Shown here piece by piece: positions 47,563 through 57,212 of a stretch of DNA of 64,000 nucleotides. Within the stretch, counting starts at the first letter, position 1. Every line of letters starts with the position of its first letter. The stretch lies in the NCBI GenBank assembly GCA_045598185.1, contig JAZLLO010000113.1, forward strand, positions 55,966-119,965, given 5' to 3'. Source of the stretch: Marvinbryantia sp. (GTDB lineage: Bacteria; Bacillota; Clostridia; Lachnospirales; Lachnospiraceae). The position numbers and the translations under genes were made by a program. The notes beneath the pieces are model-generated. The model saw nothing but the letters and a program-made list of their open reading frames with translations. It did not search any database and had not been told where the DNA came from.

Positions 47563-48222
47563 ATGAAGCGTTTTATGATTACTGTTCTTGCAGCAACTGC
47601 GGTTATGACAGTATTAACAGGATGTAAAATCGAATATAAAGGAGCAAAAGAGACAGAAAAAACGACAGAAGCAGTTACTGAGGCAGCAGCTGAGGCGGAG
47701 ACAGAAGCAAAGGCTGAGGTTCCAGTCGAGGTAACCAATGTTGAGATTGCGATTAAAGATTATGGAACCATCAAGGCTGAACTTTATCCGGAAGTGGCAC
47801 CGATTACGGTTGCTAACTTTGTAAAGCTTGTGAATGATAAGTTCTATGATGGTCTGACCTTCCATCGTATCATTGATGGATTTATGATTCAGGGTGGTGA
47901 CCCGCTTGGCAATGGAATGGGCGGTTCAGATGAGAAGATCAAGGGTGAATTCTCAGCGAATGGAGTAGAGAACGACCTCCTCCACACAAGAGGAGTTCTG
48001 TCTATGGCAAGAGCACAGGATATGAACAGTGCTAGCAGCCAGTTCTTTATCATGCATCAGGATGCATCATATCTGGATGGACAGTATGCAGCATTCGGAA
48101 AGGTGACAGAAGGAATCGAGATTGTGGATAAGATCTGTGAAGAGACTCCGGTTATAGATGGAAATGGATCTGTTGATCCAAAAGATCAGCCGGTGATCGA
48201 AAGCATTGTAATTATAGAATAG
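47563..48222 (+). CDS. Cyclophilin-type peptidyl-prolyl isomerase lipoprotein
   Basis: Lipobox LTGC; APITVANF, FHRIIDGFMIQGGD, LSMARA, SQFFI, LDGQYAAFG. Confidence 0.92.
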   Translation: MKRFMITVLAATAVMTVLTGCKIEYKGAKETEKTTEAVTEAAAEAETEAKAEVPVEVTNVEIAIKDYGTIKAELYPEVAPITVANFVKLVNDKFYDGLTFHRIIDGFMIQGGDPLGNGMGGSDEKIKGEFSANGVENDLLHTRGVLSMARAQDMNSASSQFFIMHQDASYLDGQYAAFGKVTEGIEIVDKICEETPVIDGNGSVDPKDQPVIESIVIIE

Positions 48223-48242
48223 ATGTTACATAGGTGTTACGG

Positions 48243-48273
48243 ATGAGGAATTCACGAATGAATTCCTCATTTT
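48243..48273 (+). terminator. Rho-independent terminator
   Basis: ATGAGGAATTCA-CGAA-TGAATTCCTCAT-TTT. Confidence 0.7.
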
Positions 48274-48290
48274 AATGAGGTAAAAGAGCA

Positions 48291-48524
48291 ATGAGATTAG
48301 TAAAAATTCAGCAACAGCTGAAAGAGATGAATATAACATTTACTTATGCTGAGAATGACGGACTTGGAAGTATCGATTTTAATCACCGAGGTCTGTCATA
48401 TCACATCTGGGAATTTCTGGATGGAGAATATGGAGCAGAGAGTAACATAGCGAATGCGGGAAGAACCAGGGACTATCTTGGGGATTATGAGACTGAGATT
48501 ATAGATATCATGAAGGAGTGGTAA
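48291..48524 (+). CDS. Small hypothetical protein
   Basis: GAGGT RBS, 77 aa, coupled to the next ORF. Confidence 0.6.
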   Translation: MRLVKIQQQLKEMNITFTYAENDGLGSIDFNHRGLSYHIWEFLDGEYGAESNIANAGRTRDYLGDYETEIIDIMKEW

Positions 48525-48527
48525 AAG

Positions 48528-48785
48528 ATGACATACGATAAGATCACACTGGAGACTTTTTTAAAAAATCAGGGTCAGCTTTTTGTTGAACCGGTGGCAG
48601 AGACACTGGAAGAAGCGGATGAATTCCTTGAGGATTCTTTTGCTATGGTGAAGAAGAACCTGAAAGAGGTTAAGAAGTATTTCAAAGAGAATCTGGATGC
48701 ATCAGGTATGACGGATGAAGATATTCTGGAGGCAGCAGAAGTTTTTGCGCTTTCGGATGGAAGATTTTTAATTGTGGAGGGCTAG
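48528..48785 (+). CDS. Small acidic hypothetical protein
   Basis: AAGGAG RBS, 85 aa, D/E rich. Confidence 0.6.
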   Translation: MTYDKITLETFLKNQGQLFVEPVAETLEEADEFLEDSFAMVKKNLKEVKKYFKENLDASGMTDEDILEAAEVFALSDGRFLIVEG

Positions 48786-48789
48786 AAGG

Positions 48790-51315
48790 ATGAAGAAAAA
48801 GATCAGAGAATTCAGCGGAACCAAGAATCCGGCGATTTCACCACGTGAGAAGCAGAATCAGCACATTGCGTACCTTGCAGCTACAGAAGCGATTGTTCTT
48901 CTTAAGAATGATGGAGTTCTTCCATTAAAAAAGGAAGAACCGCTTGGTATTTTTGGCGGTGGTGCGGACCATACGATTAAGGGTGGAACCGGTTCCGGTG
49001 ATGTGTGTGAACGTTATACGGTTTCCATCTATCAGGGCCTTTTAAATGCAGGTTTTGATGTGACAAGTAGGGCTTATGTAGAAGAGTATAATACGGTATA
49101 TAAGAAGGCACGTGAAGAGTGGAGAGATAAGATCTTCGCACTTGCAGGGGAATCAGAGACGAATGATTTCTTCCATGTTTATGCCAACAATGCATTTGAG
49201 GTTCCGACAGGACGCACTATTACGAAAGAAGATGTGAAAGAAGCGAAGAATGCAATCTATGTAGTCAGCCGTGTCTGCGGAGAAGGTGCAGACCGTGCAG
49301 ATGCAGAAGGGGATTACTATCTTTCTAAAGCAGAGGTAGAAGACCTGCATACATTGGCAGCTCTTGTGGATAACATTATTCTGATCATCAACTCAGGTGG
49401 ACAGATTGACCTGAAGGCTGTGAATGAAATCAGCAAGATCCGTGCAATCCTGACTATCTCACAGCTTGGTATGGAGGGAGGTAATGCACTTGCTTCTGTT
49501 CTTTGCGGAGATGTTTCTCCAAGTGGAAAGCTTACGAATACATGGGCTGTAAACTATGAGGATTTCCCTGGAAGTGAAGAGTTCAGCTTCAAGAATGGCA
49601 ATGTTGAAAAAGAAATCTATAAAGAAGGTATCTTTGTGGGATATCGATATTTTGACAGTTTTGAAGTAAAGACAGAGTATCCGTTTGGTTTTGGTCTTTC
49701 CTATACTACATTTGACATTAAGACAGAAGAAATTACTGCAGATGGCAATGAGATCACAGTGAAGGTTTCGGTAAAGAATACCGGTGATACCTATGCAGGC
49801 AAGGAAGTTGTACAGGTGTATGCAGCATGTCCGCAGACTGATCTTATAAAAGAAAAGAAGCGTCTTATCGGTTTTGCCAAGACTTCGGAATTAAAACCAC
49901 AGGAAGATCAGATTCTTGAAATCTCCGTAGATGCCAAGGCACTTGCTTCCTTTGATGAGGAAAAGTCTGCTTATGTTTGTGAGGCGGGACAGTATGGAAT
50001 ATTTGTGGGTAACAGCTGCGAAGCTGTATATCCTGGTGCAGTACTTGAAGTTTCTGAGACTGTGAATCTGGAAAAGGTAAATCATATCTGTCCGGTTCAG
50101 GAGTCTTTTATCGAGGAACTTCCATGTGAAGATGATCTGCTGGCTTTTGAAGCTGCATGGAAGGCTTATGCAAAAGAAAATGGAGTGCCAACTGTAGCAT
50201 TTGTTCCGGAAGCAGTTATCAGTGCAAAGATTGCACAGGATTCTTATGAAGAAATGGCAGCAGAGCTTGTTGAAAAGCTTACAGATGATGAACTTGCACA
50301 TATGGTTGTTGGTGAGGTGTCAAAGAGTCATAACCTTCAGCTTGGAAGTGCCGGTATTATGGTTCCGGGTGCTGCAGGTGAAACATGCAGTATCCTCGAA
50401 GAGCAGTACGACGTTCCTGGTATCGCAGTGGCAGATGGCCCTGCCGGTATCCGTGTATATCGCTCTTATGAAGCGGATGAAGAGCAGCAGAAGGTTTATA
50501 CCATGGGATTTCTGGGGGCAATCGAGAATGGATTTTTCATGACGCCGGAACATCACGACGGTGCTGCTACCTATTATCAGTACTGTACAGCCATTCCTGT
50601 CGGAACAGCCCTTGCACAGACATGGAACATGCCGCTTCTTGAACAGGTTGGATATGCAGTAGGTACTGAGATGGAAGAACTTGGCATTACACTTTGGCTG
50701 GCACCTGGTATGAATATCCACAGAAATCCCCTTTGCGGACGTAATTTTGAATATTATTCAGAGGATCCTACACTTTCCGGTATGGCAGCAGCTGCTGTTA
50801 CCCGTGGTGTTCAAAGAAATCACGGTGTGGGTACTACAATCAAGCATTATGCATGCAACAATCAGGAGGATAATCGTATCGGATGCGACAGTATCTTAAG
50901 TGAGCGTGCACTTCGCGAGATTTATCTTCGTGGTTTTGAGATTGCAGTTAAGACTTCACAGCCAATGTCTATCATGACAAGCTACAACCTGATCAATGGG
51001 GTACACACTGCTAATAACTGGGATATCTGTACAGAGGCTGCCCGTAATGAGTGGGATTTCCAGGGTGCGATCATGACAGACTGGACAACTACAAGTGCGA
51101 CAGGTGGAAGTACTCCTTGGAGATGTGTATGGGCCGGCAATGATCTGATTATGCCTGGTGAACCAAATGATATCTCCAATATTCTTGCTGCTCTGTCAGA
51201 TGGTACCCTTGACAGGGAACAGATTAAGCTTTGTGTAAAGCGTCTGCTGAAGATTGTATTCCAGTCGCTTGGCTACGAGGACAGTGCAAAATATGGAGAT
51301 AAGTTTGGATTTTAG
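48790..51315 (+). CDS. GH3 beta-glucosidase/xylosidase with permuted domain order
   Basis: EAIVLLKN, PSGKL, YKEGIFVGYRYF come first; ADGPAG, LAPGMNIHRNPLCGRNFEYYSEDP, KHYACN, IMTDW come last. Confidence 0.92.
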   Translation: MKKKIREFSGTKNPAISPREKQNQHIAYLAATEAIVLLKNDGVLPLKKEEPLGIFGGGADHTIKGGTGSGDVCERYTVSIYQGLLNAGFDVTSRAYVEEYNTVYKKAREEWRDKIFALAGESETNDFFHVYANNAFEVPTGRTITKEDVKEAKNAIYVVSRVCGEGADRADAEGDYYLSKAEVEDLHTLAALVDNIILIINSGGQIDLKAVNEISKIRAILTISQLGMEGGNALASVLCGDVSPSGKLTNTWAVNYEDFPGSEEFSFKNGNVEKEIYKEGIFVGYRYFDSFEVKTEYPFGFGLSYTTFDIKTEEITADGNEITVKVSVKNTGDTYAGKEVVQVYAACPQTDLIKEKKRLIGFAKTSELKPQEDQILEISVDAKALASFDEEKSAYVCEAGQYGIFVGNSCEAVYPGAVLEVSETVNLEKVNHICPVQESFIEELPCEDDLLAFEAAWKAYAKENGVPTVAFVPEAVISAKIAQDSYEEMAAELVEKLTDDELAHMVVGEVSKSHNLQLGSAGIMVPGAAGETCSILEEQYDVPGIAVADGPAGIRVYRSYEADEEQQKVYTMGFLGAIENGFFMTPEHHDGAATYYQYCTAIPVGTALAQTWNMPLLEQVGYAVGTEMEELGITLWLAPGMNIHRNPLCGRNFEYYSEDPTLSGMAAAAVTRGVQRNHGVGTTIKHYACNNQEDNRIGCDSILSERALREIYLRGFEIAVKTSQPMSIMTSYNLINGVHTANNWDICTEAARNEWDFQGAIMTDWTTTSATGGSTPWRCVWAGNDLIMPGEPNDISNILAALSDGTLDREQIKLCVKRLLKIVFQSLGYEDSAKYGDKFGF

Positions 51316-51323
51316 GTGAATAG

Positions 51324-51794
51324 ATGAGAGTACTTGGTTTAGATTATGGTTCAAAGACTGTTGGCGTTGCAATCTCCGATCCGTTTGGATGGACAGCGCA
51401 GGGGCTTGAGATCATTAGAAGAGAAAAAGAAAATAAGCTTCGAAGAACTTATGCACGAATTGAGGAACTGGTTGAGGAATATCAGGTGACGGAGATCATC
51501 CTTGGTTACCCTGTCATGCTTTCCGGAGATGAGGGAGTTCGTGTGGAGATGACGAAGCTTTTTAAGGAGACTCTGGAGAGACGAACAGGTCTTCCTGTTA
51601 CATTTCGTGATGAGAGACTTACAACAGTTGCAGCACAGGAAGCAATGGAGGATGCAGGTATTCCGAGAAAGCAGTGGAAAGAATACGTGGATATGATTGC
51701 TGCACAGATTATTTTACAGGGATATCTGGATGACCTCGCAGTTGAACAGAAGCGCAAAGAGGTCGCAGAGGAAATTCTGGAGAAAGAGGAATAA
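51324..51794 (+). CDS. ruvX: YqgF/RuvX RNase H-fold nuclease
   Basis: LGLDYGSKTVGVAISD, DERLTT, VDMIAAQIILQGYLD. Confidence 0.92.
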   Translation: MRVLGLDYGSKTVGVAISDPFGWTAQGLEIIRREKENKLRRTYARIEELVEEYQVTEIILGYPVMLSGDEGVRVEMTKLFKETLERRTGLPVTFRDERLTTVAAQEAMEDAGIPRKQWKEYVDMIAAQIILQGYLDDLAVEQKRKEVAEEILEKEE

Positions 51795-52492
51795 TGCCTG
51801 GATATATCATTCATTTATCAGAAACAGAGATGATTCTGTCAGCCCTTCGAAAGAAGGGCTGGTCTTTTGACGAGAATTACGAAGAATTATTTTTACTTGG
51901 GGCCCTTCTTCCTGATACGAAGATTAAACGGGAAAAGGTGACGTCTCATTTCTGGAAGGAAGAGGATCTGGCTAATCTTGCTATTCCACCAGAACTTCGT
52001 GCCTTTGAGAAGAAGTATAAAAAGAAGATCGCTGGACCGGTGATGCTGGGCTACTGGGCACATCTTCATCTGGATGAGCTTTTTGTGAACGAATTCTGGC
52101 CTTCCATGATGACATTTATCGGTGCTGACGGGAAGGAGAAGATACTGAAAGATGAGATCACTTCTGTCTGGCTGAAGGAGAAAAAAGAGATGATCCCTCT
52201 GGAAGCTTTCTTTACTTCTGATTATTATTACGGCGATTATGATCGTACGAATCAGTTATTTTATCAGAGATTTCATCTGCATATCCCGAAGATGCAGGAT
52301 AATATGATATGTCCTGTAGAAGAGGTCACCATCAGTGATCTTAACAGAGTTCTTGGTGAACTATCTGAGATGGTAAATAGGGATCGGACAGGGGATATGG
52401 AACTGCGTGTATTTTCAGAAGAAAAGCTTGTAGAGTTCCTGAAACAGACTGCACGGATTGCGGCAGATAGAATATGGAAAGGAATAGAATAA
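51794..52492 (+). CDS. Putative metal-dependent hydrolase (zinc PLC/HD-like)
   Basis: MP...IH, LGALLPD, SHF, LGYWAHLHLD, YGDY motifs. Confidence 0.6.
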   Translation: MPGYIIHLSETEMILSALRKKGWSFDENYEELFLLGALLPDTKIKREKVTSHFWKEEDLANLAIPPELRAFEKKYKKKIAGPVMLGYWAHLHLDELFVNEFWPSMMTFIGADGKEKILKDEITSVWLKEKKEMIPLEAFFTSDYYYGDYDRTNQLFYQRFHLHIPKMQDNMICPVEEVTISDLNRVLGELSEMVNRDRTGDMELRVFSEEKLVEFLKQTARIAADRIWKGIE

Positions 52493-52493
52493 A

Positions 52494-53417
52494 ATGAACA
52501 GTGGAATACTTTTTGAGCAGCTTTTGGTACTGCTTGCTTTTATGATTACGGGTATGGTGGCATATAAGACCCATCTGATCGATGATCATACCCACGCACA
52601 CCTTTCTTCCCTGATGGTATGGATTCTGAATCCATTTCTTATGATCAGCGGAGTTATCGGAAAAGATGCCACGATATCAGGTGGTCTTGTTATGCAGAAT
52701 ATTCTTATGGTTGCATTATGTTATGGCGGAATGTTCCTGATTGGGTTTGCATTTATTATGCTGTTTCGTATTAAAGGCAACATCTCCTATATGTATCGTC
52801 TTGTTATGATGTTCCCGAATGTAGGATTTATGGGAATTCCGCTTGTCAAGGTTATCTTTGGCGATGAATATATCGTATATGTAGCATTTTATATGCTTGC
52901 ATTTAATGTCATCTGTTACACCTATGGAATCCATCTTTCCGCAAGACTTGGCGGCAAGACGGAGAAGCTGGATCTTAAGAAGCTGATAAGCCCAGGTACA
53001 GTGACCTCTCTTATGTCTATATTGATCTTCGCACTTCACATCTCCGTACCGGCACCTATGAAGTCTTATGTAGATTATCTTGGTAATACAACCATCCCGC
53101 TCTCCATGCTGATCATCGGTGTATCTCTTGCAAAACTGAACTGGAAGGAAGCATTCTCTTCCGTCTACTACTATATTTTTGTCGTTGTAAGAATGCTGAT
53201 CGTGCCGATCATTATCGTAGCGCTGACAAAGCATCTTCCAGTCGATCCTGTCATTCTGGGTGTATTCCAGATTGAAATCTGTATGCCGGTAGCAAGCATG
53301 ACCTGCATGATCGCACAGGAATATGGCGGCGACGGCAGTGAGCCGGCAAAGCTTATCGCACTGACTACGATCGTCACTGTAATCACAGCTCCACTTGTAA
53401 TTCTGATTGCAGGGTGA
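52494..53417 (+). CDS. AEC-family (auxin efflux carrier-like) transporter
   Basis: FPNVGFMGIP, LG..TIPLSMLIIG, MPVA; about 10 TM helices. Confidence 0.88.
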   Translation: MNSGILFEQLLVLLAFMITGMVAYKTHLIDDHTHAHLSSLMVWILNPFLMISGVIGKDATISGGLVMQNILMVALCYGGMFLIGFAFIMLFRIKGNISYMYRLVMMFPNVGFMGIPLVKVIFGDEYIVYVAFYMLAFNVICYTYGIHLSARLGGKTEKLDLKKLISPGTVTSLMSILIFALHISVPAPMKSYVDYLGNTTIPLSMLIIGVSLAKLNWKEAFSSVYYYIFVVVRMLIVPIIIVALTKHLPVDPVILGVFQIEICMPVASMTCMIAQEYGGDGSEPAKLIALTTIVTVITAPLVILIAG

Positions 53418-53434
53418 TAAATATAAAAAAAGAC

Positions 53435-53464
53435 TTGTATTGTTAAGTAAATATCAATTATACT
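53435..53464 (+). promoter_or_regulatory. Promoter with Rex-like operator in its spacer
   Basis: TTGTAT-18-TATACT; TTGTTAAGTAAATATCAA at 53440-53457 versus consensus TTGTTAA-N4-TTAACAA. Confidence 0.5.
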
Positions 53465-53498
53465 TAGAGTATATTAAAAATGACGGAGGTATTTTTAT

Positions 53499-53882
53499 AT
53501 GAAGAAACTTGTAGTTACAGATAAAAAAGGATGTATGGCTTGTCTTGCTTGTGTACAGGCTTGTTCAGAAGCATTTTATAAGAAAGCTGATCCAGATCTT
53601 TCTTGCATCCAGATCGTTGTTGGCAAAGACCTTGAACCAAAGACAAATGTATGTCTTCAGTGCGGAAAATGTATGAAGGTTTGTGAAGCTGAAGCTATCA
53701 CACAGAATGCTAAGGGCGTATACATGATCAACAAGAAGAAATGTACAGGATGCGGCAAGTGTGTTGAAGTATGTCCTACACAGGTTATGGTTAAGACAGA
53801 AGGTGCTACATCTAAGTGTATCGCTTGTGGTATCTGTGCAAAAGCATGTCCAATGGGCATCCTTGAAGTTCAGGAGAAATAA
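53499..53882 (+). CDS. Polyferredoxin-like 4Fe-4S protein
   Basis: Four CxxCxxCxxxC motifs. Confidence 0.9.
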   Translation: MKKLVVTDKKGCMACLACVQACSEAFYKKADPDLSCIQIVVGKDLEPKTNVCLQCGKCMKVCEAEAITQNAKGVYMINKKKCTGCGKCVEVCPTQVMVKTEGATSKCIACGICAKACPMGILEVQEK

Positions 53883-53909
53883 TCAGAACTTAATTATCAG
53901 AATAACAGA

Positions 53910-53942
53910 AAGCGGCAGACGAATGAGTTTGCCGCTTATTTT
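53910..53942 (+). terminator. Rho-independent terminator
   Basis: AAGCGGCAGAC-6-GTTTGCCGCTT-ATTTT. Confidence 0.7.
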
Positions 53943-53985
53943 GTTGTCGATGGTTGTCATTATGCACAAAATCAAGATAAAATTC

Positions 53986-54043
53986 TTGACATTATTGTGT
54001 GATAAACATAAAATTTAGATAACAATATTCATGTATATACATG
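53986..54043 (+). promoter_or_regulatory. SigmaA promoter and palindromic GntR-type operator of the ABC/GH38 operon
   Basis: TTGACA-17-TAAAAT (53986-54014); perfect palindrome CATGTATATACATG at 54030-54043. Confidence 0.75.
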
Positions 54044-54061
54044 TAAAAAAGGAGGAACACT

Positions 54062-55321
54062 ATGAATAAAAAATTACTTTTCGGTTTATCTGCAGCTTGT
54101 GCGCTTGGTATGACAATGGCAGCTTCTGCAGAAGATATTACATTAACATTTGCTGAAACTATGACCTCTCCGGAAAGAACTCTTGTTCTGGAAGAGACAA
54201 TCGCAGCTTATGAGGCAGAACATCCTGGAGTTACAATTGAACTTGTTTCTCCTCCATATGAATCAGCTGAGACAAAGGTTGCTTCTATGCTTGCAGCAGG
54301 ACAGGAAGTTGACATCGTTGAGATTCGTGATAACACAGTTGGTGCTTGGATCAACAATGATTTCCTTTATAAACTGGATGACCTTGTAGGTGAATGGGGC
54401 GGCAAAGATGAACTCGTAGATGCAGCACTCCTTGCAGGTTCTTCCCTTGGCGATGCAACATACTTCATTCCACAGTATCTGTATGTTAAAGCATTAATGG
54501 TTAGAACAGATATCCTTGCAGAGAACGGCATTACAGAGATGCCAACAACAACAGAAGAATTCCTTGAAGTATGTAAGCAGATCACAGATAAAGAAAAAGG
54601 TCAGTATGCATTTGCACTTCGTGGAACAGGTTCTCCATGTAAGACAACTGATATCATGATGGCTACAGAAGTTCCTGGTATCAGCACAGATAACCTCTAC
54701 CTGACAGAAGACGGACAGTTCTTCATGGATACAGAAGGCGGACGTAAGGCTCTTGAAAACTACTTAACACTTTTCCAGGAATGCTGTCCTGAAGATGCAG
54801 TTAACTGGGGTTACAATGAGCAGATCAATGGTTTCGTATCTGGTACAACACCATTCCTCGTACAGGACCCAGACGCAGTTGGTTCTGTAAGCGGATCTCT
54901 TACACCAGATCAGTACACAGCAATCCCAATGCCTCTTGGAGCATCTGGAAAACGTTACCTTGACTATGGTTATGCAGGACTTGCAGTAGCAGCTAACTCT
55001 GAACATCCAGCAGAAGCATTTGATTTCATCCAGTATATGATCTCTGCAGAAGTTAACGCAAAGATCTGTGAATTCTACGGAGCACTTCCAGTAAACAAGG
55101 GCGCTTACGAAGCATCAGAGATGTTTGAACTTCCTGTATATCAGGCATGGGCAGATGAGATGGCAGATGAAAACACAGTATTTACAAAGTTCCCACTGGA
55201 CGATCCAAGATTTGCTGAATATTCTTCAACAGTACATCTTGCAGCAATCCAGAGCTACCTTCTTGGACAGACAACAGCTGAAGACATGATCAAGACATGT
55301 ACAGAGTACTGGGCATACTAA
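54062..55321 (+). CDS. CUT1 sugar ABC substrate-binding protein
   Basis: Signal peptide, YEAEHPGVTIEL, LMVRTDIL, EAFDFIQYM patterns; precedes two CUT1 permeases. Confidence 0.85.
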   Translation: MNKKLLFGLSAACALGMTMAASAEDITLTFAETMTSPERTLVLEETIAAYEAEHPGVTIELVSPPYESAETKVASMLAAGQEVDIVEIRDNTVGAWINNDFLYKLDDLVGEWGGKDELVDAALLAGSSLGDATYFIPQYLYVKALMVRTDILAENGITEMPTTTEEFLEVCKQITDKEKGQYAFALRGTGSPCKTTDIMMATEVPGISTDNLYLTEDGQFFMDTEGGRKALENYLTLFQECCPEDAVNWGYNEQINGFVSGTTPFLVQDPDAVGSVSGSLTPDQYTAIPMPLGASGKRYLDYGYAGLAVAANSEHPAEAFDFIQYMISAEVNAKICEFYGALPVNKGAYEASEMFELPVYQAWADEMADENTVFTKFPLDDPRFAEYSSTVHLAAIQSYLLGQTTAEDMIKTCTEYWAY

Positions 55322-55426
55322 TTCTGGTTTGAATCTGAAGATACTGTATTAATTTAAGAATTACAGGGGCTGCAGCATGAACTGCAGCCCTTTTGTCTAA
55401 GTCATAAAACATTTGAGGGAGAGCGT

Positions 55427-56308
55427 ATGAGAAAAGAGAGATGGTATCTGTTAATGATACTTCCATCCATTGCATTTATAGGCTTCTTTATCTTCTACCC
55501 ACTGTTCAGCGGAGGGGTAATGGCATTTCAGGCCTATAACCTATTCAATCTGAAAGATATCCGATTCATCGGATTCGAGAACTTCAAGCAGATCATTAAC
55601 AGCAATAGCGTAAGCTTCACACTGATACTGATGAATACATTGAAGTGGCTGCTGCTTTCTGTAATCTTCCAGTTCCTGCTAGGATTTACACTGGCACTGC
55701 TTCTGAAGAAGCCATTCCCAGGCAGAAGTATTTACTGTGGCTTTGTGTTCTATTCCTGGGCACTTTGCGGATTCGCAATCGGTTTGATCTGGTCATGGCT
55801 GTTTAACGGACAGTTTGGTGTAATCAATGATATTTTGATGAAGGTCGGAATCATTAAGAGCAACATCGGATGGTTATCTAATCCAAAGGTTGCGATGTAC
55901 AGCTGCGTTATTGCCAATGTATGGTACGGTGTACCATATTTTGGAATCATGCTTCTTGCAGCACTTCAGTCAATTCCGAATGAATTGTATGAAGCAGCAA
56001 CCATCGATGGCGGTAATAAAATTCAGTCATTATTCTATGTAACGATTCCTTATATTAAACCAACGATCATAAGTACCGTACTTTTAAGAAGTATGTGGAT
56101 CGTTAACTTCCCGGATCTGATCTACGCTATGACAAATGGTGGTCCGGTTAATAGCACACACATTCTTGGAACTATGATGATCAACAAGGTATACAAGGAA
56201 TTCGAGTATGGTCAGGGCTCTGCTTATGGTATCATCATCATGGCATTACTTCTGATCTATGCAATAGTTTACCTTAGTATTACAAAAGCTTCACAGGAGG
56301 ATATGTAA
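55427..56308 (+). CDS. CUT1 ABC permease
   Basis: FIGFENF, LQSIPNELYEAATIDG (EAA loop), MTNGGP. Confidence 0.9.
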   Translation: MRKERWYLLMILPSIAFIGFFIFYPLFSGGVMAFQAYNLFNLKDIRFIGFENFKQIINSNSVSFTLILMNTLKWLLLSVIFQFLLGFTLALLLKKPFPGRSIYCGFVFYSWALCGFAIGLIWSWLFNGQFGVINDILMKVGIIKSNIGWLSNPKVAMYSCVIANVWYGVPYFGIMLLAALQSIPNELYEAATIDGGNKIQSLFYVTIPYIKPTIISTVLLRSMWIVNFPDLIYAMTNGGPVNSTHILGTMMINKVYKEFEYGQGSAYGIIIMALLLIYAIVYLSITKASQEDM

Positions 56309-57153
56309 TGAACAAAAGAAAAGTGAAAAGTACAGCTGGAAGTATCGTTCGCTTTGTGATCCTTGCATGCTTCCTTCTTGCAGCGATTCTTCCATTATTC
56401 TGGATATTCATCACCAGTATTAAGAATGAGACAGAGCTTTATGCATTACCACTTGTATACTGGCCAAAGGAGCCGACACTGGATGCATATAAGAAGCTGT
56501 TCTCCTATAGTAACTTCGGTCTTTATTTCAAAAACTCACTGATCGTAACCATATCATCTTCGGTCGTAGCGATGATTCTTTCTTTGATGAGCGGATTTGC
56601 ACTTTCCAGATTTACAAGAAAGAAGTTAAAAGGAATCATTGAATTGTTGATGTACTTCACACAGACGATTCCATGCTTCATGATTATGCTGCCACTGTTT
56701 ATGTTCTTCTCAAAGTGGAAGATGGTAGATAACCTTCCTGTTCTTGCAACCATCTATGTAGCGACGGTAATCGCGTTTTGTACGTTGATGTCCAAGAGTT
56801 TCTTTGACCGTATCCCGGTTGATCTGGAAGAAGCAGGAAAGATTGATGGCTGTAATCTTGCACAGTCCATCATCCACGTAGTATTGCCGCTGACTCTTCC
56901 AGGTATTGCAGCGATCTTCTGTTTTGCATTTGTAAATATCTGGAATGAGCTGTTCATCGCAGTAATGATGATCAACAAAGCCAGCAAGTACACAGTTCCG
57001 GTAGCACTGAACTCTTTTATTTCGAAGGCAGGTGTAAGCTGGGATCTGATGAGTGCAGGTATCGTCGTATCCTTACTTCCAACTATGGTAGTATTCGGAA
57101 TCGGACAGAAATATATTGTAGCCGGACTGACGGATGGCGGTGTTAAAGGTTAA
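56308..57153 (+). CDS. CUT1 ABC permease
   Basis: YFKNSL, IPVDLEEAGKIDG, WNE, QKYIVAGLTDGGVKG. Confidence 0.9.
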   Translation: MNKRKVKSTAGSIVRFVILACFLLAAILPLFWIFITSIKNETELYALPLVYWPKEPTLDAYKKLFSYSNFGLYFKNSLIVTISSSVVAMILSLMSGFALSRFTRKKLKGIIELLMYFTQTIPCFMIMLPLFMFFSKWKMVDNLPVLATIYVATVIAFCTLMSKSFFDRIPVDLEEAGKIDGCNLAQSIIHVVLPLTLPGIAAIFCFAFVNIWNELFIAVMMINKASKYTVPVALNSFISKAGVSWDLMSAGIVVSLLPTMVVFGIGQKYIVAGLTDGGVKG

Positions 57154-57170
57154 ACAGATATGATAGAATG

Positions 57171-57198
57171 ATACCGGGGAGTTATCCCCGGTATTTTT
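57171..57198 (+). terminator. Intra-operon hairpin with short U-tract
   Basis: ATACCGGGGA-GTTA-TCCCCGGTAT-TTTT, just before the RBS of the PLP enzyme gene. Confidence 0.5.
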
Positions 57199-57212
57199 AA
57201 GGAGGAATAATC

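Noticed and set aside
54062-57153. Missing ATPase in the CUT1 ABC cluster
   Set aside because: Normal in Firmicutes, where a shared MsmK-type ATPase is encoded elsewhere
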